DNA from: an uncultured delta proteobacterium
Lineage (GTDB): Bacteria > Bdellovibrionota > FAC87 > UBA2466
Length of the DNA stretch: 64,000 nt
Direction: 5' to 3'
Assembly (NCBI GenBank): GCA_963778115.1
Contig: CAVZSV010000004.1
Coordinates: 928,001 to 992,000 of the forward strand
Shown: positions 38,159 through 47,770 of the stretch, one piece after another
How positions within the stretch are numbered: the stretch's first letter is position 1
How the letters are laid out: each line of letters starts with the position of its first letter
The notes under the pieces: generated by a model
The model's database searches: none
Seen by the model: the letters and a program-made list of their open reading frames with translations, nothing else
What the model was told of the DNA's origin: nothing
Made by a program: the position numbers and the translations under genes

Positions 38159-39178
38159 ATGTTACGTAAAATTACGTTCGCCCGTTGGGTGCTGGGCGTT
38201 TGCTTACTGACGGTAGGCTGTTTATCGATTCAGGGATGTAATTCCTCTAGCACTTCTACCACCGAAGATTCCTCAGCATCGGGAAGTGTCGCTTCATTGC
38301 TCGGAGGAACCTATAATACTTCGGAGAGTAGCGGTACTGTGACGTTGCGCGAAGAGTTTTTTAAACACTCTACTTTTTCGGCTTTCTTAGATCTCTTTAA
38401 TCCTTCGATTAGAAACGCGATGGCGACCATTCTTTGTCCCACCTTCCAAACGGCATCGGGGTCGGGAACGGGCAGCTGCTCGGTTGTTAGTAGCACGATG
38501 ACACTTGATTACGGAACGGGATGCCAGTTTTCCAATTCCGGGGCGACGTGGACGGGATCCCAAACTCTGACGGTTAGCACAGGCTCTCCCACCTGCGGGA
38601 CGTTTCCGGCGGCGGGATCCTATACGGGGACACTCACCCGACTCTTTCCTGCTACCACAACCCGCACATCGGCTTCTGGGGTAGTGGTCACCGTAGATAC
38701 TAGCGGAACAGACTCGGGCTATAATTTCACAAGCCCCGCCAGTGCGCCCTCGGGAGGTGCCGTTGTCACGTTCAGTGGCGGCAACCGCACCCAGATAGCG
38801 TTTCCTGGAATCAATTTAATTGCAAAAACAGAAGCAGGCGTTAATCGGTTTAATCACAGTATTACGACGTCAGGGGGTTCCCCCATATCGCTAAGTGGAG
38901 CATCGGTCACGGGGGGTTCGGTCTTGGTCTATCACAACCTCCTCAAAGTGCTGGGTACGACCACTTTCACTAATGTCGAATTCACCGCAGGATGCTGCAC
39001 CCCCACAGCGGGAACTATCACGACGAGTTTTGCTGCAGTGAGCGGAACGACTCCAACCACAGTGGGAGAAGCGTTCGTGAATAAATCTGAAACACTGGAG
39101 TTTACCGGTTGCGGGACGGCAACCTACACGGGCCCAGAAAGTTACTCGGGCGACGTCACTCTCGGCCACTGCTTCTAA
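38159..39178 (+). CDS. Cys-patterned T/S/G-rich lipoprotein, paralog B
   Basis: ATG at 38159 after AGGAGAG. 'TVGC'/'IQGC' lipobox candidates. Ends 'LGHCF'. Confidence 0.8.
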   Translation: MLRKITFARWVLGVCLLTVGCLSIQGCNSSSTSTTEDSSASGSVASLLGGTYNTSESSGTVTLREEFFKHSTFSAFLDLFNPSIRNAMATILCPTFQTASGSGTGSCSVVSSTMTLDYGTGCQFSNSGATWTGSQTLTVSTGSPTCGTFPAAGSYTGTLTRLFPATTTRTSASGVVVTVDTSGTDSGYNFTSPASAPSGGAVVTFSGGNRTQIAFPGINLIAKTEAGVNRFNHSITTSGGSPISLSGASVTGGSVLVYHNLLKVLGTTTFTNVEFTAGCCTPTAGTITTSFAAVSGTTPTTVGEAFVNKSETLEFTGCGTATYTGPESYSGDVTLGHCF

Positions 39179-39181
39179 TAC

Positions 39182-39214
39182 AAAAGGGGTCAGTCGACTC
39201 GATTGGCCCTTTTT
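39182..39214. terminator. Probable bidirectional intrinsic terminator
   Basis: AAAAGGGGTCAGTCG-ACT-CGATTGGCCCTTTTT hairpin with A/T tails, between convergent genes. Confidence 0.7.
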
Positions 39215-40382
39215 ATTTTTTCTTGGAACGAAGATCCATGTACACGGCAAGAATGATGACGATCCCTTTGAAGACCTTTTGGTAGTGCTCGCTAATCCCG
39301 ACCAGACTCATTCCGTTGTTTAGAACGCCCATAATCAAAACACCAAAGAGGGTTCCTGTGATCGAACCCACGCCTCCCATTAAGCTGGTCCCCCCAATCA
39401 CGACGGCCGCTATCGCATCCAGCTCGGCCAAATCTCCCGCGGAGGGAACCGCGGCATTAACGCGTGCGATATCCAAAAGGCCGGCAAGGCCAGCCAGTAA
39501 GCCCATCACGAAATAGGTGATCCACAAAGTCTTGGCGACAGGAACTCCGGAAAGTTCCGCCGCTTCTCGGTTACCCCCAATGGCATAAATGAATCGTCCA
39601 AAACGGGTGTACTTAAGCGCATACATCGCAGCGACCGTGCAGGACGCCGCCAAGAAAACCATGTAGGGAATTCCCGAATATCCGCAAAAGATGTAGCCCG
39701 ATATGACGCAGAAGATGGCCGTATAAATAGAATTACGTATACAAATAGCCAGACTTCCGCCGCGCCAGTACGAATAGGCCTGACTAGCCAACACACCGAA
39801 GCCCACCAGAACAATAATGGCCAAGCTTTTCTGTTGGGATACATAATCGGAACTCAGACTTCCTAAAGTGGTACTGATCGGAGCAACCGCTTGTGCTCCG
39901 GAAATAATCAAAGTTAAGCCCCGGCAGATCACCATCATGCCCAGAGTTACGATAAATGGGGTGATTTTTAGACGCGCGACCGAAAACCCAGTGAAAGCCC
40001 CGGCAGCCCCCCCGACAGTCACCGCCATTACAATGGAAAGCAGCGCTCCTTCCACCCCCATATGACCAAATCCCCAAGAGACTTGCGATATGGCTCCTAC
40101 CATCCCGGAAAGTGCCAAAACGCTTCCCACTGAAAGATCGATCCCAGAAGTTAAAATGACCATCGTCATTCCCACGGCCAGAGTCAGATTGATACAGACC
40201 TGCCGGGTTAAATTGCTCAAATTTCGGGGAGTCAGAAAAGAACCGTCGCTTAGGTATTGAAATAGGACGGCGCACACGACAAGGCACAAAAGCGGAATGA
40301 CCGATCGGCTCGACATTTTCCACCCCTTAGGGATGGCACGCAACGACGGCATCGGTTTTAGCGTCTGACTAATGGATTCCAT
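39213..40382 (-). CDS. xylH: Sugar ABC transporter permease, XylH-like
   Basis: 'GIDLSVGS', 'PFIVTLG', 'FGRFIYAIGGNREAAELSG', 'ELDAIAAVVIGGTSLMGG'. Confidence 0.88.
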   Translation of the reverse strand: MESISQTLKPMPSLRAIPKGWKMSSRSVIPLLCLVVCAVLFQYLSDGSFLTPRNLSNLTRQVCINLTLAVGMTMVILTSGIDLSVGSVLALSGMVGAISQVSWGFGHMGVEGALLSIVMAVTVGGAAGAFTGFSVARLKITPFIVTLGMMVICRGLTLIISGAQAVAPISTTLGSLSSDYVSQQKSLAIIVLVGFGVLASQAYSYWRGGSLAICIRNSIYTAIFCVISGYIFCGYSGIPYMVFLAASCTVAAMYALKYTRFGRFIYAIGGNREAAELSGVPVAKTLWITYFVMGLLAGLAGLLDIARVNAAVPSAGDLAELDAIAAVVIGGTSLMGGVGSITGTLFGVLIMGVLNNGMSLVGISEHYQKVFKGIVIILAVYMDLRSKKK

Positions 40383-41931
40383 TTCCTTCCTCCCGTTCAC
40401 CACGTCCCGCAGCAAACGACATCACCTGTTCTTGAGTCAACGCGCGGTTGACGAGTTCCCCTACCGCTCTGCCTTCACGAAGTACCAGTACCCTATCACT
40501 CAGCGAAAGTATTTCCGGAAGTTCGGACGATACCAGTACCACAGATATCTTCTCCGAGGCCAATCGTCGGATGATCTGATAGATCTCTTCTTTGGCACCG
40601 ACGTCTATTCCTCGAGTGGGTTCGTCTAAGAAAAGAATCTTAGGCGATCTAGCGACCATTTTGGCGAGCAGCACCTTCTGCTGGTTTCCCCCGCTTAAGA
40701 GTTTGATCGGATCTTTGAAATTATTGAGCTTTACGTTCATTTTCTTGGCGTACACATCGACTAGCTCGGACTCTTTCTTGAGATCGAGCTGTTTCCCCCA
40801 TCCCAACAGGCTCGAGAGGTTAGAGATAGTGAGATTAAAATCTATTCCGAGGTCCAAGAAGAGCCCGTCTTTTTTTCTATCTTCGGGAACGAAGGCGACA
40901 CCACTCGCCATGGCTTGTCTAATATCGTTCCAATGCACTCGGGTTCCCGCGTAAACCACCTCGCCCTCTCTCATCCCCGGAAGAACACCCAGAAGAGATC
41001 GCAGAAGTTCGCTGCGCCCCGAACCCATAAGTCCTGCAATGCCTAAAATTTCACCTTCGTGAAGCTCAAAACTGATGTCTTCTAAGATCTTCTTTCCGCT
41101 GGGAAGGGTATGAGAGAGGTGCTGGACTTCAAAGATCTTAGTGATATGGGGTTCGCTTGAGTTCTTCGAGCCTTCCTTAAGAGGACGGCCCACCATGTGG
41201 CGAATCACTTCCGAAGCCTGGGTCTGTTTGGGATCGAGTTCGGCCACTGCTTTTCCATCCCGTAACACCACAATGCGATCGGCAAGCTCAAACACCTCTT
41301 CCAACTTATGGGAGATATAGATGAAGCTCATATCGGCTTTGCGCATGCGCTTAATCACATTAAAAAGGTGAACGACCTCCTGCTGCGACAACGCCGAGGT
41401 CGGTTCATCTAGAATCAGAAGTTGGGCCTTATGATGAAACGCACGCGCGATCTCTACCAACTGCTGTTGGGCGACACTTAAGTCCTCCACTAAAGCGCGT
41501 GCGGGAACATCAAACTCCAGATCCCTGAAAAGACTCTCCGCTTTCTCGTAAAGGCTTTCCCATTGCACTCGAGAGAATAGCCGCATCGACGGCTTTCCGT
41601 CGTAAGGAAAGGATTCGGTCAGAAACAAATTCTCCGCGACGGAGAGTTTAGGAAATAAGCAAAGTTCTTGATGGATAATGGATATTCCGGTCGTTCTGCC
41701 TTGAAGGGGATTCTTCAACTGAAGAGGCTCGCCCCCAAATGTGACCTGGCCGCCGAACGTGCCTATCGGCCACACTCCACTTAGAATTTTCATCAAAGTG
41801 GACTTGCCAGCGCCGTTTTCACCGACGAGTGCTACACATTCACCCCGTTTGACATCAAAAGTGACATCACTCAGTGCAAAAATACCGTCAAAAGACTTCT
41901 TCACATGCGAGATACTTAAAAGCGGCCCCAT
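40369..41931 (-). CDS. xylG: Sugar ABC transporter ATP-binding protein, XylG-like (two ABC domains)
   Basis: GENGAGKST, 'LDEPTSAL', 'LSGGNQQK', 'LDEPTRGIDVGAK'. Confidence 0.9.
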   Translation of the reverse strand: MGPLLSISHVKKSFDGIFALSDVTFDVKRGECVALVGENGAGKSTLMKILSGVWPIGTFGGQVTFGGEPLQLKNPLQGRTTGISIIHQELCLFPKLSVAENLFLTESFPYDGKPSMRLFSRVQWESLYEKAESLFRDLEFDVPARALVEDLSVAQQQLVEIARAFHHKAQLLILDEPTSALSQQEVVHLFNVIKRMRKADMSFIYISHKLEEVFELADRIVVLRDGKAVAELDPKQTQASEVIRHMVGRPLKEGSKNSSEPHITKIFEVQHLSHTLPSGKKILEDISFELHEGEILGIAGLMGSGRSELLRSLLGVLPGMREGEVVYAGTRVHWNDIRQAMASGVAFVPEDRKKDGLFLDLGIDFNLTISNLSSLLGWGKQLDLKKESELVDVYAKKMNVKLNNFKDPIKLLSGGNQQKVLLAKMVARSPKILFLDEPTRGIDVGAKEEIYQIIRRLASEKISVVLVSSELPEILSLSDRVLVLREGRAVGELVNRALTQEQVMSFAAGRGEREEGNGIH

Positions 41932-41956
41932 TATTACTTATTCCCCAGAATTTATG

Positions 41957-43015
41957 TTACGTGCCAGCTTTTTTGCCGTAGATCGCATCCGCCGAATGAA
42001 ATCCGGAATCAACAATCTCTTTTTGCACGTTTTCCTTGGTAATGGGGGTTACCGGAGTGCTCACGACGAGGACATCTTTCATTCCGTTGTTAATCTTGGA
42101 ATCAGATACCGGAATCTCTTTCTTTGCAATCTTCACGGCCGCAGCAACCGCAGCTTCCGCAAGTGGCTTGATCCCTTTTAACACTGTCATCGACTGTTTA
42201 CCGTCGACGATGTTCTTTACCGCCGTCAGATCAGCATCTGCCCCCGCCACAAAAACTTTGCCGGTCAGTTTTTGCTCTTCAAGCGCCTTGGTCGCCCCTA
42301 ACGCCATTCCGTCGTTGTTTGCCAAGATAGCTTGAATGTTATTGTGGTTTTTGGTCAGCGCATTTTCTACCGTCGAAAGTGCCAGTGCTGTCGACCATCC
42401 CGGATGGTTCTGCTTCACGACTATCTTAATCGCGGGATTCTTTTCCAAGACCGAGAGATTGCCACGGGTAATCTCATCGGCCACCGAATGGCCGGCTTCC
42501 CCCATTAAGATAATGTAATTTCCTTTGCCATTGGTGGCGGCCACGGCAGCTTCAGCTTGAAGCACCCCCACCTTAAAACTGTCTTGAGTGACGTACAGAT
42601 CAATATCGGCGTTTTTGATGATGCGATCGTAAGCAATGACCGGAACGTTATCCTTCTTGGCCATCGCGACGATGGAGCCGGCAGCTTCTCCATTGACCGG
42701 CTGGATCACCAGCACATCAATTTTCTTGGCAAGTAGCGTCTCCACTTTAGAGGTTTGAACTTCGACCTTGTCATCCGCCGACGCGAACTCCACATCAGCT
42801 CCTGCGGCTTTCGCAGCATCCTCAAAATAGTTACGATCCTTCACATAACGCTCTTCGTTCATCGTCGCTAAAACAAATCCGATCTTAACTTTCTTGGCTT
42901 CCGCCGTCGGGGTAGTCGTGTCGGACTTACGCGTGCAGGAAAGCATTGTGGCATAAACACCGAGCGCCAACAGGAAAGGGAATGCCATCCGGCCGCGAAG
43001 CGTGTCGTGAAACAT
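41957..43015 (-). CDS. xylF: D-xylose-type ABC substrate-binding lipoprotein
   Basis: 'EERYVKDR', 'PVIAYDRII', 'ANNDGMALG', 'GADAD', lipobox MLSC, GGAGG RBS before ATG 43015. Substrate inferred from family only. Confidence 0.82.
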   Translation of the reverse strand: MFHDTLRGRMAFPFLLALGVYATMLSCTRKSDTTTPTAEAKKVKIGFVLATMNEERYVKDRNYFEDAAKAAGADVEFASADDKVEVQTSKVETLLAKKIDVLVIQPVNGEAAGSIVAMAKKDNVPVIAYDRIIKNADIDLYVTQDSFKVGVLQAEAAVAATNGKGNYIILMGEAGHSVADEITRGNLSVLEKNPAIKIVVKQNHPGWSTALALSTVENALTKNHNNIQAILANNDGMALGATKALEEQKLTGKVFVAGADADLTAVKNIVDGKQSMTVLKGIKPLAEAAVAAAVKIAKKEIPVSDSKINNGMKDVLVVSTPVTPITKENVQKEIVDSGFHSADAIYGKKAGT

Positions 43016-43199
43016 AGGACCTCCAATGTGTGTAACCAACCCCTATGGCTAAACCCAGGAATTAAATGGAAATAAGCCCCATAAGTCAACTCTGACGGCG
43101 AGTGATTTGGACAGCTCCTAAAGCCGCTAGAGCCTAAGGGGCACTTCCCGTTTGGCCATACGGGATAGTTGCAGAGGGCAATAGCTCGGATATACTGAA

Positions 43200-43985
43200 T
43201 TGGTGCATCTAAACAACGATTTCCCAAAAAACACAACTTGGACCCTTATTTTCGTACTTGCTATACCCCTTCTCAGCTCTTGCGCTTCGTTATTTCGTAG
43301 CCAAGTCGCCAATCAGGAGAAAGCAAGGATCTATCTAGAGATGGCAGCCGACCAGCTGCATCAGCGGGATTACAATAAGGCCATCGAATCGTGCCACGAA
43401 GCGCTGAAATACGATCCCAATTACGCGGCGGCTTATAACCACATGGCGCTGGTTTATATGGAGACCAAACGCTATCCCAAGAGCGAAGAGGCTTTTAAGA
43501 AAGCACTCGACATAAAACCCAATTATCCCGAGGCATTAAATAACTACGGTGTCATGCTCAACCGCACGGAACGTTACCGTGAAGCCATTCCCCTGTTTGA
43601 AAAGGCACTTCAGAACGAAACCTACTCCACCCCCGAGAACGCTCTTACCAATATGGGCTATTCTTATTACCGGCTAGGGAACCTGGCGAAGGCGCGGTCT
43701 TACCATCAAAAGGCGCTCGACATCATGCCCCAATTTTGCCTGGCGAGTAAGAACATGGGGGATGTCTACGCTAAAGATAAGAATTTTAAGCGGGCTGCCG
43801 ACTACTTCGAGCAAGCCGTCACCAACTGTCCGTTCTATGAAGAGAGCCAATATAAGCTGGGATTAGCCTTAATGCGGCTCGGCAAGCGCAGTAACGCGCG
43901 CGCCCAATTGGAAAGACTCATCCAGAAACACAAGACTGGCCCCTATGTAGATCGGTCAAACGAAGTCCTCAAATATCTCCAGTAA
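43200..43985 (+). CDS. TPR lipoprotein, PilF/PilW/Tgl (type IV pilus pilotin) family
   Basis: Lipobox LSSC, about 6 TPRs, 'ALNNYG...YSTPENALTNMG'. Sits upstream of rodZ, the usual context. Confidence 0.82.
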   Translation: MVHLNNDFPKNTTWTLIFVLAIPLLSSCASLFRSQVANQEKARIYLEMAADQLHQRDYNKAIESCHEALKYDPNYAAAYNHMALVYMETKRYPKSEEAFKKALDIKPNYPEALNNYGVMLNRTERYREAIPLFEKALQNETYSTPENALTNMGYSYYRLGNLAKARSYHQKALDIMPQFCLASKNMGDVYAKDKNFKRAADYFEQAVTNCPFYEESQYKLGLALMRLGKRSNARAQLERLIQKHKTGPYVDRSNEVLKYLQ

Positions 43986-44187
43986 TATAAAATCCGAATA
44001 ATGCCGAAATAATCATAGGATCGGGGTTTTGACTGGACGTACCCCCAAATCCTATCTAAAACCTAGTCTCGTTATTTTACGACGTGAATTACGGAGTCAG
44101 CTGAGATCGGGGTTAGAGTTTATTGAGATCAAATCAAGTTCGCAGCCGAATTTAGATTTGAGAAACTGCGGTTAAAGCCGGACGAAC

Positions 44188-45336
44188 ATGGAAAACGAAA
44201 ATTTCAGCTCATACCTGAAGACCCAACGGGAGAAAAAGGGGATCCGACTTGAGGAGATCGCTTCGATCACCAAGATCCATTTTCACAGTCTCGAACTGTT
44301 GGAATCTGGTCAATTCGATAAGCTGCCTCCCGAACCCTTCATTCGCGGATTTATCATCGCATATGCAAAATACGTCGGGCTCGATATCAAAGACGTCATT
44401 GCCAAGTATCTTGAAGAGGTGAATCCTACTAATTCGCCTGCAACCACAGCCATCCCCACAGATACGAAATCGGCAGCAAATCCCGTCCCCGCAAATCCAA
44501 CAAAAATTTCTGAAAAACCAGCACCCAAAAAAACCAAAGTACCGGAAGAAAGTCCCACCCCCACCGAGGTCATGCAGCACGGACGAGCCCTTCCTACTAA
44601 GAGGATCGCTCTGGGAGCCATGGGAGCTTTGGTAGTCGTCGGATTTCTTTTTGTCATGCGGGTAGGAAAGCACTCCACCGAAGGCAATGTTACCGTCGCC
44701 TCTGCTCCGACGACGCCTCCGAAGCCGGAAGCTCAAAGTTCGCAAATTCAAAATGTCATCAACTCTCCCGCTTTTCCTCCCACCGCTAACAACGTAGCTC
44801 CTCAAGCCCCTAACTCGGTCCCTCCCTCTATAGTCGCCGCCGCGACTACAGCCGCTCCTGGAGAGCCGGCAAACCAAGCTTCGAAAAGTGCCACCGCATC
44901 GGCCATCGTCGCCGCTTCCAAATCGCAGGGTGGCACAACACGCGAGGTGGCTTCGCCTAGCGGTAGTACGGCAACTCCTTCACTTACCACGGCACCAAGT
45001 GCCGCGACGGCGACCGATCCTCAAGCCAAACACGAAGTGGTCATCGATGGAAAAGAGCGAACCTGGATCAAAGTCGTCGTCGATGACAAACCGCCCATCG
45101 AATACATTTTAGCCGAAGGCAAGAAAGCGACTTATACCGCCAAGGACAAAATTAAAGTGGTATTGGGAAATTCCACCGGAACCGTCGTCACTCACAACGG
45201 CGAAGCTAGTGAAGGAAAGAAATTCTCGGGAACGATCCGATCTTATATCTTTCCGCCCAACTCCCGATTCCCTCAAGACGTCGTTTCCAAGCGAGCCACT
45301 ACGTCGTCCGATGCTACGGCTACTGATACGCAATAA
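44188..45336 (+). CDS. rodZ: RodZ-like protein (HTH, TM, Pro/Ala/Thr linker, DUF4115)
   Basis: 'LKTQREKKGIRLEEIASITKI...LP..FIRGFI..YAKYVGLD', a single TM, 'TWIKVVVD...LGNS'. Confidence 0.85.
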   Translation: MENENFSSYLKTQREKKGIRLEEIASITKIHFHSLELLESGQFDKLPPEPFIRGFIIAYAKYVGLDIKDVIAKYLEEVNPTNSPATTAIPTDTKSAANPVPANPTKISEKPAPKKTKVPEESPTPTEVMQHGRALPTKRIALGAMGALVVVGFLFVMRVGKHSTEGNVTVASAPTTPPKPEAQSSQIQNVINSPAFPPTANNVAPQAPNSVPPSIVAAATTAAPGEPANQASKSATASAIVAASKSQGGTTREVASPSGSTATPSLTTAPSAATATDPQAKHEVVIDGKERTWIKVVVDDKPPIEYILAEGKKATYTAKDKIKVVLGNSTGTVVTHNGEASEGKKFSGTIRSYIFPPNSRFPQDVVSKRATTSSDATATDTQ

Positions 45337-45338
45337 GA

Positions 45339-46004
45339 TCAATCTTTGAGCTGACCTGTGAGCAGCTTACTATCCAGACTTTTCCAAACATACCAGCTAG
45401 CCACCGAACTCATTCCCTTCCAATGGGGAACTAATTCGGGCACCTTTTTGGGATGAGGGAGCTCGGGCAATCGGTGGAGCAATTGAATTCCGCGACGGAT
45501 TCCAAAATCCAGAGTAGGAAGAACATCCGGCCGCCCCAAGGAAAAGATGAGAAACATATGTGCCGTCCAAACACCGATGCCTTTTACTTCCGTAAGCCGT
45601 TCGACCAAGATCTCATCTGAAAGTGTTACCCACCCTCGACGCCAAGTGGCGTCTTCCCAGCGTTCGCTCAGTGCCTTTAGATAGCTCGCCTTTGCTTTAG
45701 AAATGCCGACCTTTCGAAGTTGGGGAATGCGCCATTTCAGGATGGACGAGGGCTTAGGGAACGGGCGCTCCAATTCCTTAAAACGACCGATGATACTTCT
45801 GGCTGCCGCAGTGGCGAGCTGTTGGGAAAGAATGGACTCGGCGAGCGCTCGAAAGTGATTGGATTCAAACTCTAATGTCGGCGGCCCCAGCCGTGCGATT
45901 AGCGGGCGGAGCGACGCATCAGCTTTGGAGAGAGTTGAAGACAGCTTTTTCCATTCTTCGTTCCGCGCCCAAGCCAACTCTCGTAACATTTCTTGCTTTG
46001 CCAT
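45339..46004 (-). CDS. DNA-3-methyladenine glycosylase II (AlkA/HhH-GPD family)
   Basis: 'SILSQQL', HhH motif 'VKGIGVWTA', 'RPDVLPTLDFG'. Confidence 0.9.
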   Translation of the reverse strand: MAKQEMLRELAWARNEEWKKLSSTLSKADASLRPLIARLGPPTLEFESNHFRALAESILSQQLATAAARSIIGRFKELERPFPKPSSILKWRIPQLRKVGISKAKASYLKALSERWEDATWRRGWVTLSDEILVERLTEVKGIGVWTAHMFLIFSLGRPDVLPTLDFGIRRGIQLLHRLPELPHPKKVPELVPHWKGMSSVASWYVWKSLDSKLLTGQLKD

Positions 46005-46032
46005 TTCTCTCTTCTACCGGATACTTAATGGC

Positions 46033-46938
46033 GTGAAAACCTCCGTCGAACCTATTTTTGTGGGTCCTCTTGCCGCTTGGCTCCATGAGCCGGAACGAAA
46101 AGCCAAAATGCGAGTTCTCTTGGTTCACGGTCTCGGCGAACATAGCGGACGCCACTTGAACACTGTCGATTTCTTGGTCTCGCAGGGATTTGAAGTCGTT
46201 CGTTTTGATCTGAGAGGGGCCGGAAAGAGTGGCGGCGAAAGGCAATGGGTAGAGAAGTTCAGCGACTACGTCGATGATACGACCCGTATTTACAACTGGA
46301 TCTGCTCCGAGCGAGATCCGCTTCCCCTAGTTGTTTTGGGACACAGCTTGGGAGGAGCCATCTCGATCTATTTTAGCGCGCGTTTCGCTAACCAGTTAAG
46401 GGGACTTGCGCTAAGCGCTCCCGCCTACCTGGCGGGAGATGGAGTTTCCTCCATTAAGATCGCAGTGGGAAAGATGATTCAACGCTTTGCTCCCCACCTA
46501 AGAATTCCTGGATCCTTAGACGCTTCCACCATCTCCAGAGATCCTAAAGTGGTGGCCGATTATGTGAGCGACCCTTTGGCCTGCCACTTCAATACACTAA
46601 GGCAAGGAAATGAAATTATCACCGCTATGGATCAGCTCCCTAAGCAATTGCCGGCGCTGAAGCTTCCGGTAGCCTTGTTTCACGGTACGATGGACCGAAT
46701 TATCCGCCCCGAGGGTAGCTTTCAAATTCTTGAACAGCTTCCCGGCCCGGATCGCACTTTATATTTTCTTCCTGGCGGTTATCATGAACCCCATAACGAT
46801 CTCGATAAGGAAAATTACTTTCTACTACTAGGGCAGTGGTTGATTCGCCAGCAAGAAAGCGTGAAAAGTAATACGAAAAATCTGTCTTTGCGAAGAGCCC
46901 AAAGGGCGACACGGCAACCTATCGATCGAAATGAGTAG
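46033..46938 (+). CDS. Lysophospholipase / monoglyceride lipase (alpha/beta hydrolase)
   Basis: 'VHGLGEHSGR', 'DLRGAGKS', GHSLGG, 'HGTMD', 'YHE'. Start moved to GTG 46033 to avoid overlap with the AlkA gene. Confidence 0.9.
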   Translation: MKTSVEPIFVGPLAAWLHEPERKAKMRVLLVHGLGEHSGRHLNTVDFLVSQGFEVVRFDLRGAGKSGGERQWVEKFSDYVDDTTRIYNWICSERDPLPLVVLGHSLGGAISIYFSARFANQLRGLALSAPAYLAGDGVSSIKIAVGKMIQRFAPHLRIPGSLDASTISRDPKVVADYVSDPLACHFNTLRQGNEIITAMDQLPKQLPALKLPVALFHGTMDRIIRPEGSFQILEQLPGPDRTLYFLPGGYHEPHNDLDKENYFLLLGQWLIRQQESVKSNTKNLSLRRAQRATRQPIDRNE

Positions 46939-47767
46939 TGCCCCCCATTTGACAAAACCTCCCCAAAACTGGTCTAACTTCCCCATGGCTTGCTCTATCG
47001 ATCTCACTTTTGTCGCGTCCCTTTATCGGAAATACAAAGATGACTTAAGGGCTGTAAAAGAGGCTCAGAAAAAATTTCATGTCTCCTCGGGTTATTGGAA
47101 CGCAAAAAACCCACCGGTGCTTCGAAAAGCATCCATGTCACTGCACCGGGCCGGCCATTATTTGAAATACGGAGCCCTTCTTAAGCCACAACTAGACGAT
47201 ATAGAAGCTGAAATTACCTATCTGAGGCTTCGCGAGTCTAAGCCGCTAAGTGTGGTGGAGATCTCCCCCTGTGGCGGATGGTCGACGACCTGGATCTTAA
47301 GGGCACTGCGAGACAACGGCCAAGGACATCTTTATTCGTTTGATCTAGTGGATCTTGCAACCAAAAATGTTCCACAGGACCTCTCCAAAGACCGTTGGAC
47401 ATTCTTTCAAGGAGACGTCACAAAAAATACGGACAGACTTCCCGATTCGATCGACTATCTTTTCTTAGACAGCGACCATTCCGAGTCTTTCGCGAAGTGG
47501 TACGTCGAAAATCTTATCCCCCGCCTAAAACCGCTTACTCCGGTGAGCGTCCACGATATCTTTCACAACAGCCATCCAGACGGTTTCAGCGGAGAAGGTA
47601 CCGTTATTATCGAATGGTTAAAAGAGCACCAGAAAGATTTTTTCACGGCCTCTCCCGCGAAAGCGCCTAAGAATTATGATTCCTTGCTCGAGCTAAGGAA
47701 CCAAGAAGGGCTTTCTGATTCCATTCACGCGGATCACTACAACTCCATGATCTTTTTCGAAGCCTGA
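46931..47767 (+). CDS. Class I SAM-dependent methyltransferase (Methyltransf_24-like)
   Basis: 'VVEISPCGGWST', 'LYSFD', 'IDYLFLDSDH', 'VHDI'. Confidence 0.82.
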   Translation: MSSAPHLTKPPQNWSNFPMACSIDLTFVASLYRKYKDDLRAVKEAQKKFHVSSGYWNAKNPPVLRKASMSLHRAGHYLKYGALLKPQLDDIEAEITYLRLRESKPLSVVEISPCGGWSTTWILRALRDNGQGHLYSFDLVDLATKNVPQDLSKDRWTFFQGDVTKNTDRLPDSIDYLFLDSDHSESFAKWYVENLIPRLKPLTPVSVHDIFHNSHPDGFSGEGTVIIEWLKEHQKDFFTASPAKAPKNYDSLLELRNQEGLSDSIHADHYNSMIFFEA

Positions 47768-47770
47768 TTT

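Noticed and set aside
44209..44877. 222-aa minus-strand ORF
   Set aside because: Antisense to the low-complexity RodZ linker.
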